DNA of 64,000 nt from Geosiphon pyriformis uo1 (Eukaryota > Fungi > Glomeromycota), in contig JAAOMT010000714.1 in the NCBI GenBank assembly GCA_016748015.1, forward strand, positions 1 through 64,000, given 5' to 3'. Positions 1-13,860 of this stretch are shown one piece after another (position 1 is the first letter of the stretch; every line of letters begins with the position of its first letter). The notes below the pieces were generated by a model. It saw nothing but the letters and a program-made list of their open reading frames with translations, ran no database searches and was not told the DNA's origin. Both the position numbers and the translations under genes were made by a program.

Positions 1-179
1 TCAAAGTAGTATAATAAGTTTCATACTAGGAAACTTTAATAATTTGAAAATAATCCTTTCATCTCTAAAAGAAGTGGTTTGCAGCAAAAAAAAAAAACAT
101 TTACCTTGACCCCACCAATATCTAGTATAACTGTCTGCCCACAATCTAAAAACATAGAAATTGACTTTTTATCAGCCAT
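1..179 (-). CDS. BTB/POZ (KCTD/T1-type) protein, 5' part only; exon 1 179..105, intron 104..26, exon 2 25..1 (runs off window edge)
   Basis: Spliced translation MADKKSISMFLDCGQTVILDIGGVK|YETYYTTL; GTAAAT...CCTAG intron at the same position (after GGxK) as in the neighbouring BTB gene. Not in the ORF track. Confidence 0.85.
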
Positions 180-453
180 TTAACATTAACAATTGGTAGA
201 ATTATTTTTCGTTTCTATCTGAAGAAGCAGCGGAGTTAAAAAAGATATCAAGTAGCTTGGCATCCGATGCATGACAAGCCATTGTAATTAACTTTTTTGG
301 CAATGAAGAAGGTGATCAATCATCAACATTAAAAATAATCCTGTTTCTCGATTCAGATTGACTTTGCATATTTCTCTTCTCATTATCATTTCCTGGGAAA
401 ACTAAAAAGAAGAGAAATTTAACAAAAGTTATACTTTTGAGCAAGTTACGAAA

Positions 454-2100
454 ATGGAAAATCCTAAAAATCACGATAATCCTTTAAACTTGATTAAACC
501 AGAAGAAATAATTGTGATAAATGTTGGTGGGATTAAAGTAAATTTTATAATTTCCTTCATCTACCTTTGATGCTATGACACGAAATTTTTATTTTCTGCT
601 AATCATCAAAATTTCTCAAGTATGAAACTTATCCTTCAACACTCACCGCTTATCCTGAAACACTTCTTGGTGCCATGCTTTTAAAAGGAAAGGAAAATGG
701 TCGAAAAGAAAATCAGCTTTTTTTTAAACGAAATGGTCGTGCTTTTTATTTTATCATGGAATATTATCGTACCACAAAGTTTTTATGGTCACCAGATCGG
801 CTTGTAGAAAATCAAACAGTATCTCAATATGAACTAGAAAGTGAACTACACTATTTTCAAATGCCTATCAACATTGAAAAGAGTGAGTACGCAAGCTCAA
901 AGGAAAAGTTTAAAAAATCAATTGAAACGACTATAATTGAAGCAATGAAAGAATGGAATCATATTATTCAAATTGGTATTTTTATGACCGAAAAAACCAC
1001 GGTGAACTATGATGGTAAAGTTATTCATCATGATATCGAGGAAACACAAATTCCTATTTTTCTATTGGCTAGCCTTTTTAAAGATGAGATTTGTGGACAT
1101 ATTGAAGAGATTTTCGAGGGCTGCCAATGTAAACAAACCTTTGGCGAGGGCCAAACAACGTTTTTGATATTTTTGAAATATGATACAAAAATTATGCGGA
1201 AACTTGCTAGAATGATGCCATATGTGAGTAAAAAAATTTAATTGTTGTTAAGTCAAAATTCTGGTGTTTACTTTTTGAAAATTTCTTCAATAATACAACA
1301 TGAATTGACAACAGGAGATAAATGATTCTAACTTCATTTCTCAAGGTGATTCGAGTAACGAGAAGAAACTCATAATTTTGAATGTGGGTGGTTTCAAGGT
1401 AAACGAATCAAACACGATAATCAAGATTTTCAAAACATTCTGATTATTGTTGGTTTGTTTCCTTTAGCATGAATTGTACCCTTCAACTTTCAGTCGGTTT
1501 AATAATAGCTTTCTTGGGGTAATGTTTTCTGATCGTAATAGTAAACTTTTACACCCAAGGAATGGAAATGAATTTTTCATCGATAGAAATGGCCAAGCCT
1601 TTCATTTCATTCTCGAGTATTATTTCACTGGAAGAATTACGTGGTCCCCTTCTACAATTGTTGCAGGAAGTACCATCACGAAGCAAGAGCTTGATGAAGA
1701 ACTAGACTATTTTCAAATATTGAATCCAGTAATTGATCATGCTGAACATCTCACTGCACATTTAGAGCTTGGTGCTGCCTTGAAGCGTTTAGTTTCGGCT
1801 ATAGAGGGTGTTATTACTTCAGGAATGGAACAATCTCGTGATTTAATTCAAATTGATATCTTTCGTGACACTCCCCCGGAAGCAAATATTACTGGAATCC
1901 CCGAAAATTTTTATATTCCACTCGAACAAAAACTTTTATGGGACCTCACCTTCCATCATGCTGCAGCAATCCAATCTCATCTTGAGATTGTGTTTGAGGG
2001 ATCTCATTGTGAATACGATTGCAGCGCTGAAACTTGCTACTTTAGGATGCTCCTTGTATATGATCATGAATTGATTACTCGTTATGCAGCACTGACTTAA
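454..2100 (+). CDS. Tandem double BTB/POZ (KCTD/T1-type) protein, ~467 aa; exons 454-537, 621-1223, 1315-1398, 1468-2100 (alternatively two adjacent BTB genes)
   Basis: Module 1: IVINVGGIK|YETYPSTLTAYPETLLGAML..FFKRNGRAFYFIMEYY. Module 2: IILNVGGFK|HELYPSTF..FFIDRNGQAFHFILEYY. Three phase-0 GT-AG introns (538-620, 1224-1314, 1399-1467) all keep the frame. Confidence 0.8.
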
Positions 2101-2706
2101 TTTACAGTTGCCACAATTATTTAACGAAAATCAAATTAAAAGAATTGTATTTGTAGATTTTTCCTTGTAATTTTGTTTCAATATCATTTTATAACTGTGA
2201 TATTACAATTAAGTTTATTAAGGATTTTTTGTTCAAAGTGCTGATGATTACGACCAAATTTTTGTTCTGAAATCAAAGATTGAAAACTTAAAAAGCCTTT
2301 TATCAGACTTTTGATTGAATAAAAAGCATTTTTCTTAAGCCCTGATGAAACAATTACCCTACTCAATTCTGACCAAAATTTACCTTAACAAAAATTAAAT
2401 CTAATTTAAAATGAAGAAACCTTCATTGATCAATAATTAAGGTACTCGAAATGACCAATTCTAGGTAATATATAAAAATGTTTGGCTGCTATAAAAATGT
2501 ATGTATATCTTAAAAATTTGCATTATTAAAAAAATTTATTTTGACGGATTAATCGCTTGAATTCCATTTTTGATTTTTTTAAAATATTTAAAATTAAAAT
2601 ATCATTTGTTTTTTCCTGCATCTTCAACATAATTTACTTTTATGTATTGATTGATTTACCAAACTTTTTTCGATAATATATATAATGATATTCTGTAGAG
2701 TTTTCC

Positions 2707-2823
2707 GAAACAAACAAACAAACAAACAAACAAACAAACAACAACAACAACAACAACAAAAACAGCAACAACAACAACAACAGCAAAACAAAAGACAAAC
2801 AAACAAACAAACAAACAAACAAA
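2707..2823. repeat. Compound microsatellite (CAAA)n-(CAA)n-(CAAA)n
   Basis: Directly visible; explains the three low-complexity ORFs at 2624-2891. Confidence 0.95.
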
Positions 2824-5353
2824 TAATTTATGCCCGAGAGCAATTCAATGTTTTTGAAAGGAACCATGTCAGAAATGGTATGAAAAATTAATTTCCAAGA
2901 ATTTTTATTTTAGAAAGCAAAAAAGAAGGGAATCTGAATCTCGTCCTGATATCTCAAAAAAAATAATGACCTATTTAAAAACACTGCGGGTGTTATTGAT
3001 AAAATAGTGGATGGAAGCTTACTTGGTTGGCAGGTTATTGTCATAGATCATTGCAAAAAATTATCCGAATTTATCTTTCTCGTATTTTTCAAAATATTAA
3101 AAAATCTAGCGTTATCATGACTGGGATCCAAGATATCAGTCTGAAGGGCCAAAGGGAAAGGCTCACATAAAACTTAGTTTTTCGATAGACTCTAGAGTTT
3201 TATGCTTTCTAGAAAATGCATTTTTATAATGAGAAATGGTTGCATGATTTTTTTCGAAGATAAGCAATCTTTTACCTTTTGGGGTTTTGTCCACTTTTAA
3301 CGGTTGCTTGTATATGATCAGAATTGTAGAGCTCACTTTATAGCACCATGGACGAAATTTTTTATACGAATCGGTGCTTATAGAAGATTTGTCTGTTCAA
3401 AGAACACGTCGTTAAACCTCTTTCGTCCAATGCTTGTAAATTTTAGCCAACTTTAACTGTTTAATTCGGTTTACTTTATTAATCGTTGACTTCATACGCA
3501 CTATTTAGGAGTTTTTATTAAAGTACTAGTGAACATAGGAGTTTAGATTTTAGATGAAATTTCGGCAGTAAACAGATATTTTGGTATTGACTTTCTGGAG
3601 AATTAGACGTTAAGCACGTTTATTAACAATAGATTTTCTACTAGTATTATTTTTTTTATTTCTGATCGTTTAAGACAATTTTTTAACAAAAGTAACGGAC
3701 CGTCCAAAAGTGCGTGTAATTTTTGCGGCGGATATACCCTCTTTCTTGAGCATTTTTACCGTACAACACAATTGTTTTTATCAAGGTCTTTTTGGCGACC
3801 CATTTGTGTATATGTCTCAAATTTTTCCAAGTCCCTCTTTTAATCAAATAATAAATTAAACATAGATGAATATCTTTTAATATTAAAATAACAACGCAGG
3901 GACAAATTTTAAGGTTGTTAGTATTATTAGATTATTTGAAATTATTCACAATTTAGAGTAAATTGACCTAACATGTGTAGTTTTCTCTAGCGCATATAAT
4001 CATAATCATATTTTAAAATTACAAAATTAAATTTTACTTGTGTCGATTGGACAAACTAATAGATTTCTTAATAGATTATAGGCTCTCGTTTCTTTTTCTT
4101 TTTTTAGAAACGTAAAAAAATAGATTTATTTAATTTATGAATTAAAGGGGGACATCCCCAATCGAAAACTTAATTGAAGTTATTCCATCCAAGAAATCTA
4201 CGCAAAAGGGATAGTTTCAGTATTTAAAATTGAAAATGGTTATGAAGTTGGATAAACAAAATTTTTTATTTAAAACTTTATTTTAAGCTTGTAAATATAT
4301 TAGTTCTTTGACGAATCTCCACATCGATCAGTGATTAGTAAAGATTTGCGGCAAGGGAAATTTCCCCATAAAATCAGCAGACTATAAAGTTTCGAAATTC
4401 CCTTTTACACAAAATATCTCATCGCAGTATTCAATTATTAATCAAATGACTAATTAAAATAATGCGTGATACGCATGAAGTATGATACACGTTGTTTCAT
4501 ATTTCAAGAATTATGAGGAGAGAATTTTGCATGCAGGTAATCCATTTTTTGAAACTGAGAACTCTTTGTGTTTTAAAAGAGAACAAATTACTGCAGTATG
4601 CATGTAATTAGTACCAATTATTTATCAGAATTTGAATTCAATAACTATATAAAAAATTTTTTTTTAAACTTTATTAAATGTCTGCTAATGGTACGATATG
4701 ACGAATTTTTATTAACATATTGACCTACTTTTCTCGATAATCTTTTTATGATGAACCCTCACAGTTGTTATTTAATTTTAACGCCACACTTACCGCAGCA
4801 ATATAATTGGCTTCTGTTTGTTGCATCCCTTGACTAATAAATCAAAGCTCATCATCTCTTTAATCACTAAGTTATTTGTCACACATACGATAGTAAATAA
4901 TATCAGATGAAATATTCAAGAAATTTGTTGTTCTCTTTACCTTGCATATGAACAAGAATAATATATGATGTTAATTTCCTTATATTTGTGAGAGGTATTC
5001 ATGGAAATTGGAATATTTTACTTTATGAAAATAGTTTCAAATTTTTAATATTTTAATAGTTGTTTAAAAGCTTTTCTCTTTTTACTATTGACTTTAATTT
5101 CATAAGCATTTAAACTTGATATAATGGCGTCTCTCATTTGCCACCATATTTTTAATCATTATAACGTTGAATTAAAAAGAAAAATAATAGATAGCTTAAT
5201 TCTAAATTCTAAATTCTAAATTCTAGATTTTAAATTCAATACCAATCTTAACCTTTAACAAAGCCTAAGCCACAGTTTCCGAAGCGCACCGAAAACACAC
5301 AAACATCGTAAAGCATATTTAAATAATGATAATTCGGGAAACAGGCACAAATG

Positions 5354-5437
5354 AACAGAATAGAACAGAACAGAACAGAACAGAACAGAACAGAACAGAA
5401 CAGAACAGAACAGAACAGAACAGGACGGAACAGAACA
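5354..5437. repeat. (CAGAA)n pentanucleotide microsatellite
   Basis: Directly visible; shorter arrays at ~23910-23970 and ~58025-58067. Confidence 0.95.
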
Positions 5438-5970
5438 TAAACTTCATTATTCATATATGCTTTAGGTGTTGTATGCGTGTGAGTGAAAATGTGGTGGTCT
5501 TGCCAGCAATCTAAGAGTAGGTATGAATATGTACTAATTCTAAAAGGAAAGCCTTACAAGTACAGGAAAATAAGTGGGTCTATCTATCAATTTAAGAGAG
5601 TTTTAGTCATTTAATGAGGGAGAGAGAGAGAGAGGGTAGAGGGAAGGAATGAAGAAAGCGTACTGGAACAGATGAGAAATTGAAAATGAACGAGTTACTT
5701 TAAAATTAGTTTTTCTATAAAAGAGAATGAGAAATTACAAATGTTCTTCATCAAGTAACTATAAATTGATAAAAAAATGAGGAGGGTATATGTTGTTTTC
5801 TCAACATCTAAAGTCACAAGAAAACGCGAAAAAGGAGTCGAATAGTGATCAGTCTATCATTTAAAATTTCTCATAAAATTAGTATAGATGATTCGTGCAG
5901 AAATGATTGAGTTATTTGACTTGGTTGTTTAGTTGGCTTCATAAGTCAAATATAAATTGTTTATAGATAA

Positions 5971-6273
5971 TTAATTTGGATTCGTAAGTCTGTAGCAATA
6001 GATAAAGGTTGGTTCGAGGAATTCTTCTTTTACTGTAAAATCGATATTCTGCGCATCGAGAATTGTTGGTATATTTTCACCAGGATTATTATGTACTGGT
6101 GGTGGGTTTTGAGCGGGGTTGTTGATAGGGGCTGGTTGCTGATTATTGGGCACCATTAGTTGGTTTGGTAATTGATTAACGACCTCACGATTAATTCGAC
6201 TTAAATCAGGGCATCTATCAATTTGGGGAGCTGTAGATTGAGTATATCTTGCTTTTAGATTATTTTGATTCAT
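5971..6273 (-). CDS. 100-aa Asn/Pro/Gln-rich hypothetical micro-protein (family copy A)
   Basis: ATG at 6273; same length as 53790-54092 and 82/100 identical to it; TATATAAATC ~190 bp upstream. Confidence 0.55.
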   Translation of the reverse strand: MNQNNLKARYTQSTAPQIDRCPDLSRINREVVNQLPNQLMVPNNQQPAPINNPAQNPPPVHNNPGENIPTILDAQNIDFTVKEEFLEPTFIYCYRLTNPN

Positions 6274-7015
6274 GTTTAACAACAACAATTTTTTTGATGT
6301 TTGTATGGAGAAAATGATAATATAAATTTTGACTTAATGAGTTGAGAAATTTTAAAAGGTATCAGAACGGCAAATTTATAATAAAAAAATTTGTGCGTCA
6401 TTAAAAGCCTCTACTATTTATTTCTATTGAAGTGAAATTCATGAACTTATATCAGTTGATTTATATAATGTGGAACAAAAAAAATTAGGTTTTGAGTCTT
6501 TATACCAATGAAATTATTCCAAATGGTTTTTTTTATATTAAAAAGTGAACACTGATTTGTCAGGGGAAGATTTTTTTATAATTAAGATTAACTAAATGGG
6601 TTTTGAATAATCATGTGGGAATCATTTTGATAATTGTATTGTCGAAGTATTTGAAAATATCAAAGAATCACGACAAATGTACTATTCTAATTTTTGAGAA
6701 ACATTTCCTAACCATTAACTCTCGCATGCCCTGTTTTTTTTAATTTTTTATTAGTATTATGTATGGTGGTATATTTATTACCATTTGAATTCAGTTGCAG
6801 TTCATATCTCTTCATTCTACAACTATGATATAATTTAACAGTGTGTTTCTTGGCATTTTGTAAGAATTTTTTCGAGAATGCAGAAAAATTTAAAAATTGA
6901 GCAGAACACAAGCTCAATATTGTATTTCACTTTTCGATTATAAAAAATGACGATGAAACAAATTAATAATCCAACTTTTTAAGAAACCCAAGACAAACCT
7001 CGGAAAAGATTCTAA

Positions 7016-7180
7016 GAATACAATGGTATCACATTTCAGACTCTGATAGTAACACCAATGCTCAAATCGAATTAGGAAATTCTTATTATTTGAGAAAGGG
7101 GGCGCGACAACATAGTAAAAAAGTTTTTGAATGCTACTTTAAATCAGCAGAGGCTGGAAATTCTACGGTTCAGTATTATT
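7016..7180 (+). pseudogene. Sel1-like repeat fragment
   Basis: Translation QWYHIS..NTNAQIELGNSYYLRKGARQHSKKVFECYFKSAEAGNSTVQY fits the Sel1 consensus; no intact gene around it. Confidence 0.7.
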
Positions 7181-8149
7181 CGTCAAAGTACTAACCAAAT
7201 AAAGAAAGAAACTGTCGGGTATTATACATATCTTTCCCAATCAAAAATTTTTCCATTAAATTTTGAAAAGCAGAAAAAATTTTTCGCGAAAATTTAAAAA
7301 AAAGGTTTACATGATTGTTCACACATAAGTTTTTCTAAATTAGGTTATTCATTATAGCAAACACAGAATACCGAGGAATTATTTATTTTGATTATCCGGA
7401 GAGACTTCCAGAGGACTAACCACTAAAGAAATTGTATGTATGCATGCAATATAAACTGTAAATAGCAGTAAGAATAATTTGGCCTTAATTCAATTTTCAT
7501 GATAGTGGCACAAATTTTCACTTAGATCGCTGAATTCAAATTTTCTGATTCAGAAAAGGCAATTTTTATAATCCTAACTATAACCCTAACCCTAACCATT
7601 TATTCATGTAACAATCACGCATTGTCGTGAAAACCTGCATGAAATATTCTAAATTTTTAATAGATAGAATGATAATCCGATTTCGTTTATTTGAATAATA
7701 ATATATATAAAAATTAGAATTATTTGCATTCTATATAGTTGACTAGAAATTTTGATTTAACTAGGATTTTTAGAAAATTTTCTTAAATAATAACTAGAAA
7801 TTATGCATCTAATTAATTTTGTGAGTTTTGGATTGGGACAACCTTAAAATATTAAACAGTTATGGAAATATTGAAATTATTCAAAATTTTTTGTTTAAAA
7901 TACGAACAAAATAAGTTTCAAGTCAAAAAACGTATGAATTTATAATTAAAATTAAAATTTTCGTTTGAATAATTAAAATTTTTGTAACTTAAAAATTTTT
8001 AATTGTGAAATAATATTTGTATTTATTTTGAATTTTAAATAATTATTAATAAAACTAAAGTGATTTTAAACAATAAAAAAATTATTGATATTTAAACTTG
8101 ATAATTCATTAATTTTAAAAAAATTCAAGTTAACTATCTATTTCTTTGG

Positions 8150-8800
8150 TAGATCGGAAGTTAAACTTTCAAAGAGGTATCCGAATATGAACGTTGTCAA
8201 TGATATTGATTTGGGATAGAACAGTTTTGGTCTCGCATCTGAATTTGCATCTCTCAAATCTGGGTCAACTAATGCCAAGACAGCTGGTCTTTGTACTTAT
8301 GCTATGAAAGTGCTGCATGGTAGACTGCCTGTCGGGGAACAGAAAAATGTTGTAAGACATTAGGTACCCAAACAAGGCCTGCATCAAATGTGGGGAAGTG
8401 AGCAGAATCGACATCTTTTCGAATTTGTGGGATTGATTGGTTGAATTAGTCTGGGCTGGACACCCATGAATCTAAGATCTTGAAAAACCTTTCTGAGCTG
8501 ACATTTCGTGACGGAATTTGCAATTCGATGATTATAAACTGGCTGTATATGGTTCTGGTGAAAGGGGTTTGTGTTGAAAAAATGGTTCCATGAAGCTTTG
8601 AGGATGTTTAAGGGTGCTAATATGACAACTACCAAATTTGTGGAGTTTGTCCAATCAATTATAATTGCTCACAGGGAGAGAATTTGGGTGTCGACGTCTA
8701 AATCGAGAGCGGATTATGAGAAAAATGGGTTAAATATATGTCAAAGATCCAAGGATCGCTACTTTATCGGATGAGAGTTTATTTAGTATAGGCATCTAAT
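8150..8800 (+). mobile_element. Degenerate LINE ORF2 3' fragment (C-terminal Cys/His region)
   Basis: LCTYAMKVLHGRLPV...YPNKACIKCGEV resembles the LINE C-terminus at ~51070-51200 (YFMKTLHYCLPV..YLSVICIQC); frameshifts present. Confidence 0.7.
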
Positions 8801-9970
8801 TGTGCCAAATTCCGCGCTAACGGTAAACTTTTTAAAGATTAAAAAGGAAAAAATAATAATAATGAAATGGCAAAAATCCCTCATTGATGGTTTTTTTTTC
8901 GAATGACTTCATTTTGCGCAAAATAAACCCGGTTTTAGGTAATGAAATTAGTTTGCATATTTGTGAATAAATTAAGTTTGACTCCCTGTGAGGAAATTTT
9001 TGGTTCATTTTCATTTGTTCGATTAACCCATTTTAAATTAAATTATGAATAATTTAAAATCTGAAAAGGAAATCTTTGAACAAATACCATAAATTAATAA
9101 TAACATAAAAAATAAATCGAAATCTTTAATATCTGTTACTTGACTAAAGATTTTTCTTTTTCAAAATATAATAAAAATGTTCATAATTAAGTAACTATAA
9201 ATCAATAAAAAAATGAGGAGGGCATATTTTATCTTTTTGATTTTTAAATTCTCAAGACAAAGTGAAGGAGATGATTAATCTATCATGAATTTTCGCGCAG
9301 AAATAGAATGGATAATTCGAAAAAGAAAAAGAACATTCCAAAGAAGTAACATTGAAATGAAGATGATAAGTAATGAAAAATGCTAAAATTACAAACACAA
9401 AATGCTAAAGTTTGAAGAAGGTGGAAAAATTGAATAAATGCAATGAATTATGCGACGAATTATTTAGATCCTCAATTTTATGCATTTTTTGAATAGAAAG
9501 TCCAAAAAACATATAGAGAACTAAGTAAAGAGAAGAAATACAAAAAAAGGCAAAAAGAATGTAAGTTGGGGATAATTAAAAAAAGATCAGAAAGTATAAA
9601 AATGCAAATGTTCATGTAAGGTGATTTGATTATCTAAATTATTAATATATCTAAGTTAGGCAATTGAAAATAAATTATTTGGCTCAATTATTTAGTTGGT
9701 TTAATAAGTCAAATGTAAAAAGCTTATAAATAAATAGTTTTAATTAGTAGGTCTGTAGGAATAGACAAAGGTTGGTTCGACGAATTCTTCTTTGACTGTA
9801 AAATCAATATTTTGCGGAGAGAGAATTGTTGATAGGAGCTGGTTGCTGATTATTGGGCACCATTAGTTGGTTTAGTAATTGATTAACGACTTCACGATTA
9901 ATTCGACATAAATCAGGGCATCTATCTATATGGGAAGTTGTTGATGAAGTATACATTGCTAGTGATTCAT
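8790..9970 (-). repeat. Dispersed repeat module B
   Basis: Colinear with 52460-54080; matches 17200-18270 inverted. Confidence 0.8.
9738..9965 (-). pseudogene. Micro-protein family copy B (frameshifted)
   Basis: Homologous to 53790-54092 but with a 56-bp deletion between two TATCAACAA direct repeats. Confidence 0.75.
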
Positions 9971-12900
9971 TTTTAAAACTTTTAGTAAATTTTATATGCC
10001 CACATTTCGGTTGAGCTTTTAAAAGAAATATTGAAAATTTACCTACCGATTAAGATATTTAATTTCTCCAGGGTTCATGAAATTTAATAGCGAAAAAACT
10101 TTTTATTCTTATTTCAATGATCGTAATCACTAAACTCCCCATTTAGTAACTTTTTTTTAATTATCTTGATTAATTAATTGTTTACTTTATTGATTAAATT
10201 TTAAGGAGACATATAATTATAGAAGCTGTGTTATCTTCTGTTGACAATTACAAAATATTAGCAATTGTGATTTTATGAGATTGATCACATTAATTGTATT
10301 ACTTAATTATTATTCCATTTGCTCTCTTGTTTAAATTCTCCTTGATTATTTCTATCATTATACAGCAATAAAAAATTAGGTTTTAATTGATGGAGTTAAA
10401 ATATTTTGTATCATATGTCAATGTTTGGTTTTGAATTGAATAGTATTTTTATTAAGTTGCATAAATAGCATTTTTTGATTTTAGTTAAAGATTATATATG
10501 TTAAGTTTTATAGCAATTGAGAACTAGTCAAATTAATTTATTAATCATCTTATTTAATCCAAAGTTTTATTTTAAATACTTTATATATACTTTTTCAACA
10601 TAAAAAATTTATTTAAAATAATTACAAATTTTTGAAAATATGTTACAAAATTAACAGGTCAATAATAAATAAAAATATTTTGTAATTGAAACGGAAATTC
10701 AAGAAATTGTTTAAACTTTACAGAACAAATAAAAAAATCTGAAATTATTTTTTATTTTTAGAATTACTTTTTAAAATATAATAATTTTATTATTTTATAA
10801 TTTTAGAACAGTATTAAGTACAAACTTTACGATAAATACGATCCACTCAAATGATATAATAATTACACAAACATCTTTTTAAAACTTGCTAAACAAGCAT
10901 GTACCTATTTAGCTATAAACACAATTATACAATTGGTTGAATCTTTTAAATGTTTAAACCTTTTTTTTTTCCAGAATTGAAAGACGTAATTTTGATTGGT
11001 AACAACAATAAATTCATATAATCATGTTATTTTAAATTTAATTTATATAATAATAATGCTAGGCAATATTCCGATTACAAAATTGGTTTGTTGATTTTTA
11101 TCAATGAACTTAGATGATACAATATTCATTTATGTTTCTCTAAATCAGGTTATTAATTATAGCAGGATTTGTACAATGGCTATACCGAGGAAATTTTACA
11201 TTGCTTGACAACAAAATATCGAATCTCGTGTTGAATGTTCTTGGTATGTTGAATGTTCTTGGTACGATCACATATCGGGGAAATTATTTATTTTAATTAA
11301 TCACAGAGATTTTAAACAGATAAAAGATTTATTTTCAGGACCAATGAGGAAAGAAACTGTATGCATGCATGCATCCATGCATTATGAATTGAGAAATCAT
11401 GGTTTAAACTGCAGATTATAAAGTTTTCGAAAATTCTTATAGAATCATAGAAGGTTATAGCTTAAGTATTATTCTTTACTGACTTTTCATATTAATAGCG
11501 GCATAAACCTTAAAAATTTCCGATTCAGGATTGAAATACAGTCAACTTAATTATTAATGATTATTAGATTAGGTTTTTTTGTTTTAAGTTTTGATCATGA
11601 TTATTCCTTAATTCATTGAGAAAGGACCAATCAAAATATTAAATCGATTCGTTCACATGGGTGATACGATGCGAACTATGATGCAGCTGTTTTTATGCTT
11701 CAAGATTCTATTGATAGATGTTAATTGAACGGAATAATGTTGAGAGAAATTTAAATTCATGAAGCTTTTTTTAAAACTTAGAAAATCCGAAATGCAGGTG
11801 TATTCAACATCATTTTAATTCCCATTCTTTGTTGACCAAAGTTTTTTTAAGCTTATTGTGTGCTGATTATGTTTAGATTACCGCTTCTGGTCAGTCAACA
11901 AAAGTATAGAAGGTCGAAACGTTGATTTGATGGAAAACCTTTTGATTGGGAACGATATGTTTAATGTTTTTCCATACCTTACAGTTTCTTTCCTGGTTTG
12001 GTTGGTACTTAGAGGTCTGTCTTGAGTTTCTTAAAAAATTGGATTAAATTTTTTTTAAATTAGACGTTTCCGATTATTAGAATCTTGATTGTAGAATGAA
12101 AAAACCCCTTATTATTTTCGGAAAACACAAACGAGACAAAAAAAGCTCGAGAATGAGGATTATTTGCAAATTGAATTTGGCTAAAGTTTAAATGAATATC
12201 TTATGACGAAATGATATAAACTTTAACAGTATAAGTATTGATTAGCCGTTTAAATAATTTCGTTTCTTTATCATTGTTCAGAAATAGATCAGTCTCTAAG
12301 CATATAAGTTATCAAGAAAAGAAAGGGGAAAAGAAATAGTGAAAAAAAATGATAGATAAAGTATAATTTTGTTAATAAGCAAAATAATGCCCTGAAGCCA
12401 TTTAGTTGAAAAAGTATGAATATTCGTTTCACTTGAGTTTCAAAAGCACAAGCATTTAAATTACTTTTTTCGTTTCTTCCATTTTAAATCTATTTCATCT
12501 CATATTTGGAGACAAGCACGTAAAAAAGATGGACTCTCATAAGTAAAATCAATCTTTTCGATTTCTTCTTTCAACTATGCAAGTTATTGCTGATAAAAAT
12601 TATTACCCACATTCAGAAATGTCGATGAAGAAACGACCTAGGGTTTCTGACAGAATTAATAAATTATTTCAATACTATAAGTAGCTTTTTATAAAAAGGA
12701 TGAGGAACGTTAAAGTGTTCAGAGCAAGATTTAGAAAAAAAATTTCTCATTGTCATTTTTTAGTATCAGGAAGATTTTCCAATTTTTCTACCAATAATTA
12801 AATCTCGAAAAGTGAAATACAAAATTGAACTTGTGTTCTGCATTTATTACGCAATTGTTAGAATTTTCTTACATTCTTTTAGAAATAAAAGTATACGTGA

Positions 12901-13489
12901 CTTTACAAGAACTTTTATTTTCAATCGAATCTAAATATAAGGTTTACTTTGAAAATTGATTTCCTAACTTATTTGAGATGAAAATTTTACATACAAGGAA
13001 TCCCATAACCTATAATCAATTTATGGTTACATCAACGTATATATTGTATTACGCATACTAATGAGTTTGTACCGAGACTTTTTCTCCCGCCTGGAACGAA
13101 GTTTCACCAGTTTTGGTTAGATCGTGGCGAGGTAAATTGAATATTTTACATCTATTTTCTCGAAAAAATCCTTGTTAAATTGTATCATATTTTAGAATGA
13201 AGAGATATGAAATAAAATGGTAAAAAATATATCATTCATGATACTCTTAAAAAACTCAAAAAAACAAGAACAGCGAAACAAGCGAGGTAATGGTCGGCTA
13301 CAAAAAATTATGAGAAATGTTTCTTTGATATCTTCAAAAAATTTGACAATAAAATTATTAAAGTGAATAAGTGTTTCCCATATGATTATTCAAAACTATT
13401 TAGCTAATCTTGATTATAAAAAAATCTTCCCTTTGCAAACCAGTGCTCCACTTTTTAATATATAAAAATTTGCATGTGGAATAGGTACA

Positions 13490-13860
13490 TTGGTATAAAG
13501 GCTCATAACCTAATTTTTTTTGTTCCACACTATATAAATCAACTTACATAAAGTTCATGAATTTCACTTCAAAAAATAATAGGTAAAAAGTTTTTGTTTT
13601 TGAAATTATTAGTAAAGGCTTTTAATTATGATACCTTTCAAAATTTCTCAACTCATTATGTCAAATTTAAATTATCATTTTCTCCATCCCAAAGTCCAAA
13701 AAATTAGTTTTTAAATATGAATTACGATAGTCTGCGAGCAAGGTATAGTTTATCCCGTATTATTTCGAGTTGATTCTGGCGTCGTTGACCCATAATAATC
13801 CTTCTGAGTAATTCTCAATCCTCAGAATATTGATTTTACAGTCAAAGAAGTATTCATCGA
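13490..13860 (+). pseudogene. Inverted, truncated micro-protein family copy with its upstream region
   Basis: MNYDSLRARYS...ILNPQNIDFTVKEVFIE; upstream DNA matches the reverse complement of 6290-6510, including TATATAAATC. Confidence 0.7.

Larger units (their letters stand above)
5100..6510 (-). repeat. Dispersed repeat module A (micro-ORF, upstream TATA-like region, downstream flank with (CAGAA)n)
   Basis: Colinear with 57700-59090 in the same orientation; its right end matches 13490-13860 inverted. Confidence 0.8.

Noticed and set aside
2624-2891. Poly-C/L/Q ORFs
   Set aside because: Translations of the (CAAA)/(CAA) microsatellite.
5248-5514. CSVLF / EQNRT repeat ORFs (also 57880-58080)
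   Set aside because: Translations of (CAGAA)n.
7581-7597. TAACCCTAACCCTAACC telomere-like motif
   Set aside because: Under three units with no supporting context.
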